The notes beneath the pieces were generated by a model, which searched no databases, was not told the origin of the DNA, and saw only the letters and a list, made by a program, of their open reading frames with translations. A DNA stretch of 64,000 nucleotides. Source: a virus. The position numbers were made by a program, and so were the translations under genes. The number at the start of each line of letters is the position of its first letter. Positions within the stretch are counted from its first letter, which is position 1. The DNA is taken from positions 128,001-192,000 of the IMG/VR virus record IMGVR_UViG_3300017991_000003. One strand, given 5' to 3'. Shown piece after piece: positions 47,653-57,380 of this stretch.

Positions 47653-49994
47653 TGTCCCAGTCGATCTCCACTGCCTATCACGCGCTCGACACGTCGAGGC
47701 TCCAGAACACGCGCTTCGATGGCGTGGTGCAGCCCGGGGTCTATGAGGGCTACAGAGCGCGCGCCAACTCGGGCCAACAGAACCTGATCGACCTCACGAC
47801 CGGAGACGATGACGCGAGCGTCCTTGTTACCTCCGAAGGTGTGCGCGTTGAGGAGAGCGCTACGGTCTTTGCCGCGGTCCAGGTCGATTCGGCCGATCCG
47901 AGCCTGACCCGCATCGATCTGCTCGTGGCTGAGTACCAGTACACGACGGACACGACGCAGACGCAGACCTACAAGCTCATCAAGGGCAAGAACCAGACGA
48001 ACCTGAGCGCTGACCCCGTGCGCCCCACGGTGGAGAGTGACTATCAGGTGGCCCTGGCTTGGATCACGGTCCGTCCCCAGAAGAGCACTGGCGGGGCCAT
48101 CCAGGCGAAGATCGAGAACACCGACATCATCCACGTCCCCAAGGCGGCGTGGGCAGAGGCTCCTTCGGAGCTGTCGGGCCTCAAGCCGGAGATCGATCCC
48201 AACGACGCGCGCCGGCTCTTCGTCCATCAGGGTGTGATGCCCAACGTGGACGGCACCCGGGTCATCCAGTTCCTGGGCGGCTACAGCGACGTCATCGACC
48301 CGGACACCCTCGATAACCTCCAGGAGTACTGGTACACGTTCGGCGTCGATGATCAAGGCGATGTGGAGGTCATCGGCTCGGCGGCCACCCAAGCGGCTCT
48401 GCCTGACCTCACCAACAGCAGCCTGCCTGTGGCTCAGGTGCGGGCGCAGAAGATCGGTGGCCAGATCCAGCTCCAAGAGCTGGTGGACATTCGCTTCTCG
48501 TTCAGCCGTCAACTGGCCCAGGACCAGGAGGGCTACAACTACCGGGACCTTCTGGCCAACTCCGTCTTCCGGTACCTGCGGGTCGACACGTTCACGGACG
48601 ACTCGCTGCTTGATCTCGACTCCGTGGAGCTAGCCACAACTGAAGATGCTAGTGACCTCACGGCTGAGATTGATAGCAGCGACACCAGCCTGACCGTCAC
48701 GTGGTCAGGAACGACGTCGGTGCCGTCCGAAGAGGTGGCTATCGTCACCACGAACCTGCTCTCCGGCACTGCGATCTCCAAGATCGAGCACTTCATGCTT
48801 GCCGTGGAGGCCGGCTTCGAGAACCTCGAGTTCCGCTACAGCACGAGCTCGGCTACGAGCGGGTTCAGCACTACGCGGCACAGCCCCGGCGAGATCGTCC
48901 GCATCCCGTTCAACGGCGCGACCAAGCTCTACATCAAGTTCCTGATCCCCGTCTCGGGGTTCAGCTCGGGCGAGGCCAAGATCTTCAGCTACGGCGCCCT
49001 GATCAACTTGAGTGGTGGCGCTGTCAACGCGACGACCCTGGGTGACCTAGGTCTCCTGGCTTTCCCCTACTCGGTCAACAACCTGGTGGCCAACGGCAGC
49101 TTCTACTACTGGAGCCGGCCGCTGTCCGACGGGACCGAGCCTGACCTGACCAGCCAGGATGAGCAGAGCTTCGCGCTCAGCTCCGAAGACGACTATCCGC
49201 TGGTGGCCGACGGCTGGCAGATGACCAAGTTCCCGACCCCTGTGGCCGGTGAGGTGGTCAAGCGCATCATTCGGGACCAGGGCGATAACACCGCTGCTAC
49301 GGCGATCGAGATCACGACCTCGGCCGCTGACGAGGCTGGCGCGGTCAACGTCATGGAGTACCGGATCCCGGTGGGCGCGGAGATGCAGGGGCAGTACCTG
49401 ACCCTAGCCGCGGCCTTCGAGACCACGACGCCCCAGTCCCTTGCTGTGGGGCTCGCCATGTACCGGCGCACCTCCAGCGGCCTGACGCTCAAGGAGAAGG
49501 ACGAGACCTACGCCAAGACAACCAGCGGCGAGATCTACGTGCGCTCCAGCTCTGCCATCGGCCCCGACGTGGACCAGATCAGCGTCTACGTGCTCATGAT
49601 CGCCAGCACGGCCGAGGTCACGCATAGGCTCTGGGATGTGCGCACGGCGGCTGGTGAGTTCTCGAGCCTCCCGATGCTCAAGGTGGTCGATGCCCCTGAC
49701 GTCCTGCGCCAGTACTACGAGCGTGGGCGCATCTACACGGCGCAGAACGTCACCGAGAACGTCCAGGTAGGCGCCGCGACCCAGTTCGGGGCCACCAAAG
49801 CCGAGAGCCTCGGCACCCTGGTGGGGCGCACGGTGCCTGTGAGTAGCGCCAACCGCTCGACCAACGTCGGCGACCTCATCTACTCGGCGGATCGTCACGG
49901 TCTGCTCATCACCGCAACCTCGAGCTCTTCGGGCGTGTCCACTGTGGACGCTGATTGGGAGAGCTTCGTCAAGTTCGAGTCCAGCGTCCTATGA
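47652..49994 (+). CDS. tail-fibre-like protein (780 aa)
   Basis: Internal ATG (MSQSISTAYH) of track ORF 47625..49994 overlapping upstream stop; contains NLVANGSFYYW carbohydrate-binding-module-like motif. Confidence 0.65.
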   Translation: MSQSISTAYHALDTSRLQNTRFDGVVQPGVYEGYRARANSGQQNLIDLTTGDDDASVLVTSEGVRVEESATVFAAVQVDSADPSLTRIDLLVAEYQYTTDTTQTQTYKLIKGKNQTNLSADPVRPTVESDYQVALAWITVRPQKSTGGAIQAKIENTDIIHVPKAAWAEAPSELSGLKPEIDPNDARRLFVHQGVMPNVDGTRVIQFLGGYSDVIDPDTLDNLQEYWYTFGVDDQGDVEVIGSAATQAALPDLTNSSLPVAQVRAQKIGGQIQLQELVDIRFSFSRQLAQDQEGYNYRDLLANSVFRYLRVDTFTDDSLLDLDSVELATTEDASDLTAEIDSSDTSLTVTWSGTTSVPSEEVAIVTTNLLSGTAISKIEHFMLAVEAGFENLEFRYSTSSATSGFSTTRHSPGEIVRIPFNGATKLYIKFLIPVSGFSSGEAKIFSYGALINLSGGAVNATTLGDLGLLAFPYSVNNLVANGSFYYWSRPLSDGTEPDLTSQDEQSFALSSEDDYPLVADGWQMTKFPTPVAGEVVKRIIRDQGDNTAATAIEITTSAADEAGAVNVMEYRIPVGAEMQGQYLTLAAAFETTTPQSLAVGLAMYRRTSSGLTLKEKDETYAKTTSGEIYVRSSSAIGPDVDQISVYVLMIASTAEVTHRLWDVRTAAGEFSSLPMLKVVDAPDVLRQYYERGRIYTAQNVTENVQVGAATQFGATKAESLGTLVGRTVPVSSANRSTNVGDLIYSADRHGLLITATSSSSGVSTVDADWESFVKFESSVL

Positions 49995-50626
49995 GCCAGG
50001 TTCAGCCAGTTCGCAGCGGTACTGTCGTACTAAGCGGCGTCTTCGAGAAGATCACCACGGAGGGTGACAGCTCGAACTTCCTAGGCTCCAACGCGGGCCT
50101 CAGCCAACTTTTCCGTGCCACTGAGGACACTGGGAGCTCGGTCGACCACAGCTACGGCGTGCTGGTCACCGATGTTGACTCGGTTACGGACGGGTATGGC
50201 AACACCCTCTACACCTACGACTTCACGCTGGACTTCAACTACTTGGTTGGTGCCAAGCAGCTGATCGTGCAGCTCAAGACCACGCCTACGGCCACCCAAC
50301 CGGTCGCAGGCTTTGTGACGCTCCCCTCCAAGGAGCTGATCGACACGGACCCCGCAGCCAATGCTTGGGATCCCTACTACGAGGAGATCGACTCGACCAC
50401 CGTGCGGGTTCACAACATCCTCGACTCGCGCATCATCCTTGCGCTGATTCCGCACACGGCCATCCCGGCTACCAACAAAGAGAAGATCACGGTCCAGAAT
50501 CAAGGCAACAACGAGGCTATCGAGCTCGAGGGTGCTGGTGACGGCGTGATCTTCCGAACGCCTAACGGGAGCCGCTGGTTGTTCCGAATCGATGATTCTG
50601 GAACCACTGCCATCGTGCCCCGGTAA
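49991..50626 (+). CDS. hypothetical tail protein (211 aa)
   Basis: Internal ATG (MSQVQPVRSG) of track ORF 49955..50626; ATGA overlap with upstream stop. Confidence 0.55.
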   Translation: MSQVQPVRSGTVVLSGVFEKITTEGDSSNFLGSNAGLSQLFRATEDTGSSVDHSYGVLVTDVDSVTDGYGNTLYTYDFTLDFNYLVGAKQLIVQLKTTPTATQPVAGFVTLPSKELIDTDPAANAWDPYYEEIDSTTVRVHNILDSRIILALIPHTAIPATNKEKITVQNQGNNEAIELEGAGDGVIFRTPNGSRWLFRIDDSGTTAIVPR

Positions 50627-50629
50627 GTC

Positions 50630-51346
50630 ATGTGCGACGTCATCGCCCCTCTTGGAGTCAGCCTGTTCTTGATGACGGCTGCTTTCATCTATGCTGTTTT
50701 TCAGAACAAGAAACTACGGCAGGCTCCAAGGTGCATATTCCCCTCGTCGGCCTGCCCGCATGACGGTCACAAGAACAAGGTGATGCGTGAGAAGGCCGTG
50801 GCCTTCGAGGCCGCTTTCAACAACGCGGCACACGGCATGGCGGTCGTCGACATCGACGGGAGCTGGGTACGCGTGAACGATGCCCTTATCGACATGCTTG
50901 GGTACACGCGAGAGGAGCTCGTGTCCGGGATGACGTTCCAAGACGTCACGCATCCGGACGATCTCGACAAAGACCTGAAGCTGATGCAAAAGCTCCAGGA
51001 CGGTCATATTCGGAAGTATCACCTGGCCAAGAGGTACATCCGCAAGGACGCTCACGTGATCTACATCATGCTGTCCGTCAGCCTGATCCGTAACCTGAGT
51101 GATCATCCGCTGTTCTATGTCTCGCAGATTATCGAGCGCACCGCAGACCAGGTGGAGCTCGATCGACTGCGGGAAGAGGCCCGCCGGTGGCGTTCTGAGG
51201 CGCTTTTGTGGGAGCAGCGCCTAGAGTCTACCCGGCAGCGCCATAACGAGGCGTTGGATCGGCTGATCCAGCCCTCGAGTGCTCCCTCCGTCGAAGAGCC
51301 GAGCACGTCTCAGCCGTCCACTAAGCCGCACCAGGATCATGACTAA
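50630..51346 (+). CDS. membrane-anchored PAS-domain protein (238 aa)
   Basis: N-terminal hydrophobic helix (VIAPLGVSLFLMTAAFIYAVF) followed by a PAS-like region (FEAAFNNAAHGMAVVDIDGSWVRVNDALIDMLGYTREELVSGMTFQDVTHPDDLD...). Confidence 0.6.
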   Translation: MCDVIAPLGVSLFLMTAAFIYAVFQNKKLRQAPRCIFPSSACPHDGHKNKVMREKAVAFEAAFNNAAHGMAVVDIDGSWVRVNDALIDMLGYTREELVSGMTFQDVTHPDDLDKDLKLMQKLQDGHIRKYHLAKRYIRKDAHVIYIMLSVSLIRNLSDHPLFYVSQIIERTADQVELDRLREEARRWRSEALLWEQRLESTRQRHNEALDRLIQPSSAPSVEEPSTSQPSTKPHQDHD

Positions 51347-51761
51347 CGAACCGGCCTCAAGACAACAAGTGGATACGCTGATCAAAGCTGTAGAGGGGCT
51401 CGCAGCCAAGGTAGACGCAAATACCGTGGCCATCGCCGAGCGTGGTTCGGACTTCCGAGCTATGAAGGCGGAGCTTGAGCGTGTGCGCCAGCAGGTGCAT
51501 GACACCCATCAGTACATCCACACAGGCAATGGTCGTGAGGCCTTGTCGACGCGGATGCTTGTGGCGGAGCGTGAGTTGGCCGAGCTTGTGGCCAAGGCGC
51601 TAGCCAGGGAGCAGCTGGAGGCTGAGGAGCGCCTCACCAAGGACGCGGAGGCCCGGGCCTACGCCCGCAGCATCCGAATCGCCATCTTGACGAGTGCTGC
51701 GGCCCTACTAGGGGTGGGGATCAACATCGTGTACTTGATGGCGTCCGGGGGCGCGTCGTGA
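51339..51761 (+). CDS. coiled-coil protein with C-terminal transmembrane segment (140 aa)
   Basis: Internal ATG (MTNEPASRQQ) of track ORF 51279..51761; C-terminal IAILTSAAALLGVGINIVYLMA hydrophobic segment. Confidence 0.5.
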   Translation: MTNEPASRQQVDTLIKAVEGLAAKVDANTVAIAERGSDFRAMKAELERVRQQVHDTHQYIHTGNGREALSTRMLVAERELAELVAKALAREQLEAEERLTKDAEARAYARSIRIAILTSAAALLGVGINIVYLMASGGAS

Positions 51762-52081
51762 TTGAGCACCTGCTAGCTGGCCTACTCGATGGACTCGAGA
51801 AGGAGGCCGGCCGTGCGCCGCGTGCTCCTGAGTACAAGGTCCTCGATAAACATCGAGTTGCCTTGACGCCTGGCGAGCGCGCCTACGTCATGGACAACAA
51901 GGCCGTCTGGCACCGCGCGTGGAAGAACGGCAAGCAGGTGCCCAGTCCTGCTGTCTGGAAGGCTGTCATGCCCGACGGTAAGGTTTGGTACGTGACCAAC
52001 ACGCATCGGGTTATGAACGCGCGCCCCACGGTGCGTGGGGCTGTTAGCCGCTACCACAAGTTCATCAAGACCACGGCATGA
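51758..52081 (+). CDS. hypothetical protein (107 aa), GTG start
   Basis: Track ORF; GTGA overlap upstream and ATGA overlap downstream. Confidence 0.45.
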   Translation: MIEHLLAGLLDGLEKEAGRAPRAPEYKVLDKHRVALTPGERAYVMDNKAVWHRAWKNGKQVPSPAVWKAVMPDGKVWYVTNTHRVMNARPTVRGAVSRYHKFIKTTA

Positions 52082-53160
52082 GCCAGCGCTTCGCCACCAC
52101 CCACCAGGCGGTCAACCTCCTGCGTAACGGGAGCCTCGAGATGGTCGAGGCCCTGGACAGCGGTGCGCAGAAGCCCCATTTCTGGTCATTCGACGCCCTG
52201 ATCCACGAGGCGCTTCAAGATGCGGTCGTGGTAAACACCTTCGAGGTCCTTCAGGAGGATCCTGGACCGGCCCCGGCTAGCCGGTTTCGTGTGGAGCTTG
52301 TCACGGGCGAGCCCTCCAAGCTCTATCAGGACACGACCCGGGACGCCTCGGTCCACGTCCAGGATTTCCCGGTCCCGCTAGCGCCGTCGTTGAAGCCGGC
52401 GCTGCCGCAGGGCCACTTTTCTACCGAGGTCCACGCCCTCCCCAAGGGGGATTACACGCTCTCCTTCGATGTTCGGGCCTACCAAGGCACCGTGTCGATC
52501 GATCCAGCTGCTTGGGACCTCGTCGGAGCGGTGCAGACGCCGACCTACCCCACTGGCCAGACTTCCGTGACACTGGGAGCTAGTGCCATCTGGCGCCGGA
52601 TCACCATCCAGTTCTCGGTCGACTACGCCCTGGGCGGTGTCGGGCTCCAACTAGAGCGCACAACGTCCTCCGGTCTGGCTGTGGTAGAGATCGGCAACGT
52701 CATGTTGGCTCAGGGGCACTACCGCTACCTTCCGTACACCGGCGACCCGCTCCTCTCGGCCATCCCCAAGGGGGCGATCATCCTCACCATGGGGTCTGTG
52801 TGCCCTCCTGGCTTCGAGGAGATCGGCGAGGATGGTCTTGAGCCTCTGCCTGAGTGGGTGGCTGATGAGCCCAACATCCTGGCACGCAAGGGTAACTACC
52901 CGCGCGAGGGCACGGAGCTAGTGGGAACGACCTCGCATACTGTGGATGCTGTCGAGATCACTCCGGGCACCACGGATGCGCTCGAGTTCTCCGGTCCCGA
53001 CAGCAAGGTGGTTGATGGGACTCTCGTCGACACCTCCAAATCCAATCCGGCGACGGACGAGCCCGGCGGGTCTCAGGGCGTCCCGGAGCATGATCACACG
53101 ATTGAGACGGCAGGTACGCGGCCGGTGAGCCGCGGCTACCTCCTTTGCCGGCGCATCTGA
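52078..53160 (+). CDS. tail-fibre protein with CBM-like N-terminus, collar-like domain and C-terminal HxH motif (360 aa)
   Basis: AVNLLRNGSLE (carbohydrate-binding-module-like start), IILTMGSVCPPGFEE (tail-collar-like), PEHDHT near C-terminus; paralogous to the next two fibre genes. Confidence 0.7.
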   Translation: MSQRFATTHQAVNLLRNGSLEMVEALDSGAQKPHFWSFDALIHEALQDAVVVNTFEVLQEDPGPAPASRFRVELVTGEPSKLYQDTTRDASVHVQDFPVPLAPSLKPALPQGHFSTEVHALPKGDYTLSFDVRAYQGTVSIDPAAWDLVGAVQTPTYPTGQTSVTLGASAIWRRITIQFSVDYALGGVGLQLERTTSSGLAVVEIGNVMLAQGHYRYLPYTGDPLLSAIPKGAIILTMGSVCPPGFEEIGEDGLEPLPEWVADEPNILARKGNYPREGTELVGTTSHTVDAVEITPGTTDALEFSGPDSKVVDGTLVDTSKSNPATDEPGGSQGVPEHDHTIETAGTRPVSRGYLLCRRI

Positions 53161-56100
53161 TGGAAGTGAACACCCTCAACCAGCGCAACGCGCTGAACCT
53201 CCTGCGTAACGGCTCCTTCTCGCAAGGAGTCGCGCACTGGTGGGGGAGCTATCTACGCCACAAGCGCAGCTCCGGAGGCCAGACGCTGGGCTCCAATGCT
53301 CCTGAGTATGCTCTGGAGGTCTTCCAGGCCCAGGACACGAGCTATCCAGACTCGGTGACGCCCGGGGCGCATCAGTGGGTGGATCGCCCGGATCTATTCA
53401 CCTATCCCAGCCAGCGGCTGGTGAGCGGCCTGCGCCTCATTCCTTTTACGGATGATCGAGCGCTGCTCCAGGTCGTGCCGGAGCTGACGGCGATGGATGG
53501 GGTCGTCCTCGCTGAGCCGGACGCTGCGGAGATCCCGACCTACTCCGATATCTTCCAGCACCCGTTCGTGCACCTGGAGCCGGATGGGACGCGTGTGAAC
53601 ATCGAGGCGGGTTCGGTCCTGCCTCTCACGGATACCCGGCGCCCGGAGTCGAGCGGCCTGTACCGTGTGGGCTCCTTCCTGGAGAACCGGAATGGAACCG
53701 GTGTGGCGTCGGACTATGACCCGTCCAACTACCACGAGTACACCTACCACGGCCTGGAGATCAATCCGCTGAGCGGAGGCTCGTACAAGGCTCTGATGAC
53801 CCACGAGACGAGCGGCGTGGTCACGGCCGCCATCACCGCGGAGGCGTCGGGCCTGTACACCGTGGTGACGATCTCGGTCGACAAGGACGTGGTGCGCGGC
53901 TTGGATCGCGAGCAGCCTGGGTACACCCCGGAGCTTGGCTTGGCGGTCGGTGATGTGTTCACCATGACCGAGCCGGTGCTGCGCTCGGGCGTGATCACTC
54001 AGGTGGCGATCTCGGACGACCAGACGGTCGTGACGCTCATCCCACTCGCTAACTATGGCGACTACGTGGTCACCCCGTTCGTGGAGGACGTGACCCCGGA
54101 GGCCTGGTCGATCTACGCCACGTCGGTCGCTACGGTGCGGCGCACCATGCCGCTGTACGCCTACGACTTCACCCTGGGCTACACCTGCCGGATCAACGAC
54201 GGCTACTCAGCCCCGGCCGAGACCTCGATGGTGGCCCGGACTCTTTCGGGCACGGGGACTCTTGTGGGCACAGGCACGGTCGGCGCTGAGATCCCGCGCA
54301 TCGGCGGCAAGCGCAAGATCGTCAACCTCCTAATCGACGAGGACACGGTCGACGGGGCGTGGCAACGCCGGCTCGAACGTCACTTCCGGGAGGCCTCGGC
54401 TCCGCTGGAGGGGCGTATCGACCTCTCGGTCCTGCCCCCGGCCGGCTCCGAAGACAGCTACCCCACTCCAACCAGCAAGCTGCCTGACTCGGTCTACTGG
54501 TACTTCTTCACGGACCTGGATGGGGAACTTCCGAACCTCAACGATCCGCCGGAGTCGATCGAGGACACGCCGCACTTCCAGATCAACATCCCGGTCGACG
54601 AGAACAACCTGCCTCCGGCTGAGTGGCTGGCCGGCAACAAGGAGTTCACGGTCACGCCCTTCGGCGACACGTCCGAGCTCGAGGAGCAGTTCTCCTGGAT
54701 CATTCCGCTGCTGCTCGTTCCTAGCTTCACGGCGCAGGCAGCGCTGCTAGAGGTCCCCGACGAGACCTATCCGGCTCTGCTGAAGCTCTACGTCGCCTGG
54801 GATACCGACGAGTTCGGCGCCTTCCCTAGCGTGGATGGCTTCAACATCGGCTGGAACAGCACAGTGACGGCTACCTGGGGCTTCAACGTCAAGGGTCTGA
54901 ACGGCTCTGGTGCGCGCGCTCTGGTCTCGGACGTCTTCATGACCCACGGGGATCAGGCGCAGCGGCTCGAGAAGCTCGATGACACGGCCCTGCCTGTCAC
55001 AGGCCCGCTCACCGATGATGTCTCGATCGATCCCCTGCGCCACGGGGTCGATCTCTTGGAGAACGTGATCCCGCCCGGGGCGGTGGTCCTCTACGCCGGC
55101 GGCGGTACCTGCCCTCCGGGCTTCAAGCGAGTGGAGAGCTTCCCCGACGCCGCTGTAGCGGGAATCGGCTCGGACGCTGATCTGACCCTCACTGACGCAA
55201 CCGTCGTCTACGACACGGCCCGTGATCGGACCAAGATCACCTGGACGGGTCGGGAGTTCCCGCTCTATGACGATGACGGGGGTGTGATCCCGATCCCTGA
55301 GCTCGCTCTCTCGGTCAGCAAGCCGATTCCAGGCATCCCGGACTCTCTCCAGGAGGTCAAGTTCACGCCGAGCCAGCAGGTGGTACAGCCGGGCATGGCG
55401 GTTCGTGTCCCTGAGTTCCTCATGGACTCGACGATCACCGAGACCGACCCGCTGTTCTCTTCGGAGACCCTCGGCAAGGCCATGCGCGCTGTAGGTGGCT
55501 GGGCGCAGCTGCATCGCCCCGAGGAGCCACTATTCAGCCGACTCGGTGTCGAGCTGTGGTTCCAGACCCAGAGCAGCATCACGACTTCTGGCGATGAGCG
55601 CCTGTCGTGGATCTTCCGCCAGGCCAAGAAGGTCGGCGATGATGTGATCAGCTGGGGCCTTCTGTACGTCACGTCTGGCACGGACGGGGGCAAGCTCGAG
55701 TGGCGTGTCGAGACGGTCGGCTCCCTGGGTGCCCGCACAGACGTCTATCGCATGACCACGGCGGCCCTTCCGGTTAGCGGATTCGCCGGTGACTGGATGC
55801 ACATCATCGTGGAGTTCAGCGCGCCCAACTCCGGTACGGTCGGCGAGCCGGGCCAGGGCGTGACCCCTGATGTGCGCATCACCTTCAGCGATACGGAGGA
55901 CTCCTACGGCACGCTGATCGAGAGCCACAACTTCGGCGTGGTACAGGCAGGGGCTGATCTGGCCAAGGGCGCCGTGCTGCGGCTAGGCCACACCCCCGAG
56001 GTAGATGGCGCGCTGGGGACGAGCTCCTATACCGACCCGGTGACCGGGAACCTGATCACCCTGGCCGCCAAGCACATCGACAACTTCCGCGTCTTCGATC

Positions 56101-57377
56101 TCTCTAGTCAGGAGATGACCGAGTCGGAGCGTGTGGCTCTGTGGAATAGCGGGAAGGGTCTGGCCCTGGCACCGGCCGAGCTCCAGAGTCGTCTTGTCAC
56201 CGAGGTGCGCTTCGATGAGGGCTACGGCTCCACGGCTGTGGACTCGGCCCCGGTCAACTGGACAGAGCCCGTCCAGCTGCAAGGCGCCGCCTCGTGGACT
56301 ACGGGTCACGTGCTGGCCTTGGGCGGCTCAGACTTCGGGACGGACGACTACCGCGCGCCCTTCGAGGACAAGGCGCGTAGCTACCTCGTCACCAAGGTCG
56401 AGTCGATTCTGGTCGAGGCCGAGGGCGCCTTCGCCAGCGGCATCCCCTACAACCCCTCGGCCAACCCGGTTGGTAACGGGCTCGGGGACGTGCTGTACCC
56501 CTTCTCGGTGTCTGAAGACGATCTGATGGAGGGGGATAAGACCATCATGCCGCTCGGCCCGGGCCTCACAGGCCAGTCGGCCACCTTCGATGGTGGGGCG
56601 GTGCTTTCTGGGCAGTTCTGGAACGGCACGTCGAGCGGAGGGCTGTTCTCGACGATCACGATGCGGAACTTCGGATCGCAGCCGTCAGATTGGAACCCGC
56701 AGGTGGGCGACGTCTACTTCCTCCAGTGGGAGAGCTCAGACAACCCCGGCCTGGCCCTCGGATGGTTCCCGGCACGTCTGACCGACATCACGATCGAGAC
56801 GGGTATCCCGGTGTACCGCTACTACACCTTCCAGCGGTATGACGGGCGCAAGATCCAGCTGACCCCGGCCGAGTACCAGCAGCTCAGTTACGAGGACGCG
56901 TTGTCCGGGGACAAGGGCACGATCACGGTCCGCCCGGTCAAGCTCTTTGGCGACGGGGAGCAGGTTGTGGCATCGGAGACCGGTGCCATCACTCCGCAGG
57001 CTGTGACCATCTCGGAGACCTTCTACAACTCGACGCGCTACTGGGTGGTACGCCGGCTGAGCAACAACCTCGAGCTCGAGGTCAAGGGCGACCTATCCAT
57101 CCCCACCGGTCAGACTGAGATCCATGTCGAGGCCACGGGCTATCTGCGCTACGATGATCCTGAGGACAAGATGGACTACGGCGCAGGCGGACACAGTCAC
57201 CGGGTGGGTGGCGCTCTCACGGCTACCGACGATTTGATCCCCAGGATCTCCGAGACCGGTTCCCTGGCGTCCGAGCCCTATCAGGCTGTGGCGCAGGATC
57301 ACGACCATGGGTTCCAGAGCGTCTTCCGGTTCCCGCTGCCCAAGTTCCGCCTATTCACGGCCTGCCAGAAGCTCTAG
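53160..57377 (+). CDS. large tail-fibre protein paralog (1405 aa)
   Basis: Internal ATG (MEVNTLNQRN) of track ORF 53145..57377; LNLLRNGSF, VVLYAGGGTCPPGF collar-like motif, C-terminal GGHSHR and DHDHG. Confidence 0.75.
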   Translation: MEVNTLNQRNALNLLRNGSFSQGVAHWWGSYLRHKRSSGGQTLGSNAPEYALEVFQAQDTSYPDSVTPGAHQWVDRPDLFTYPSQRLVSGLRLIPFTDDRALLQVVPELTAMDGVVLAEPDAAEIPTYSDIFQHPFVHLEPDGTRVNIEAGSVLPLTDTRRPESSGLYRVGSFLENRNGTGVASDYDPSNYHEYTYHGLEINPLSGGSYKALMTHETSGVVTAAITAEASGLYTVVTISVDKDVVRGLDREQPGYTPELGLAVGDVFTMTEPVLRSGVITQVAISDDQTVVTLIPLANYGDYVVTPFVEDVTPEAWSIYATSVATVRRTMPLYAYDFTLGYTCRINDGYSAPAETSMVARTLSGTGTLVGTGTVGAEIPRIGGKRKIVNLLIDEDTVDGAWQRRLERHFREASAPLEGRIDLSVLPPAGSEDSYPTPTSKLPDSVYWYFFTDLDGELPNLNDPPESIEDTPHFQINIPVDENNLPPAEWLAGNKEFTVTPFGDTSELEEQFSWIIPLLLVPSFTAQAALLEVPDETYPALLKLYVAWDTDEFGAFPSVDGFNIGWNSTVTATWGFNVKGLNGSGARALVSDVFMTHGDQAQRLEKLDDTALPVTGPLTDDVSIDPLRHGVDLLENVIPPGAVVLYAGGGTCPPGFKRVESFPDAAVAGIGSDADLTLTDATVVYDTARDRTKITWTGREFPLYDDDGGVIPIPELALSVSKPIPGIPDSLQEVKFTPSQQVVQPGMAVRVPEFLMDSTITETDPLFSSETLGKAMRAVGGWAQLHRPEEPLFSRLGVELWFQTQSSITTSGDERLSWIFRQAKKVGDDVISWGLLYVTSGTDGGKLEWRVETVGSLGARTDVYRMTTAALPVSGFAGDWMHIIVEFSAPNSGTVGEPGQGVTPDVRITFSDTEDSYGTLIESHNFGVVQAGADLAKGAVLRLGHTPEVDGALGTSSYTDPVTGNLITLAAKHIDNFRVFDLSSQEMTESERVALWNSGKGLALAPAELQSRLVTEVRFDEGYGSTAVDSAPVNWTEPVQLQGAASWTTGHVLALGGSDFGTDDYRAPFEDKARSYLVTKVESILVEAEGAFASGIPYNPSANPVGNGLGDVLYPFSVSEDDLMEGDKTIMPLGPGLTGQSATFDGGAVLSGQFWNGTSSGGLFSTITMRNFGSQPSDWNPQVGDVYFLQWESSDNPGLALGWFPARLTDITIETGIPVYRYYTFQRYDGRKIQLTPAEYQQLSYEDALSGDKGTITVRPVKLFGDGEQVVASETGAITPQAVTISETFYNSTRYWVVRRLSNNLELEVKGDLSIPTGQTEIHVEATGYLRYDDPEDKMDYGAGGHSHRVGGALTATDDLIPRISETGSLASEPYQAVAQDHDHGFQSVFRFPLPKFRLFTACQKL

Positions 57378-57380
57378 GTC

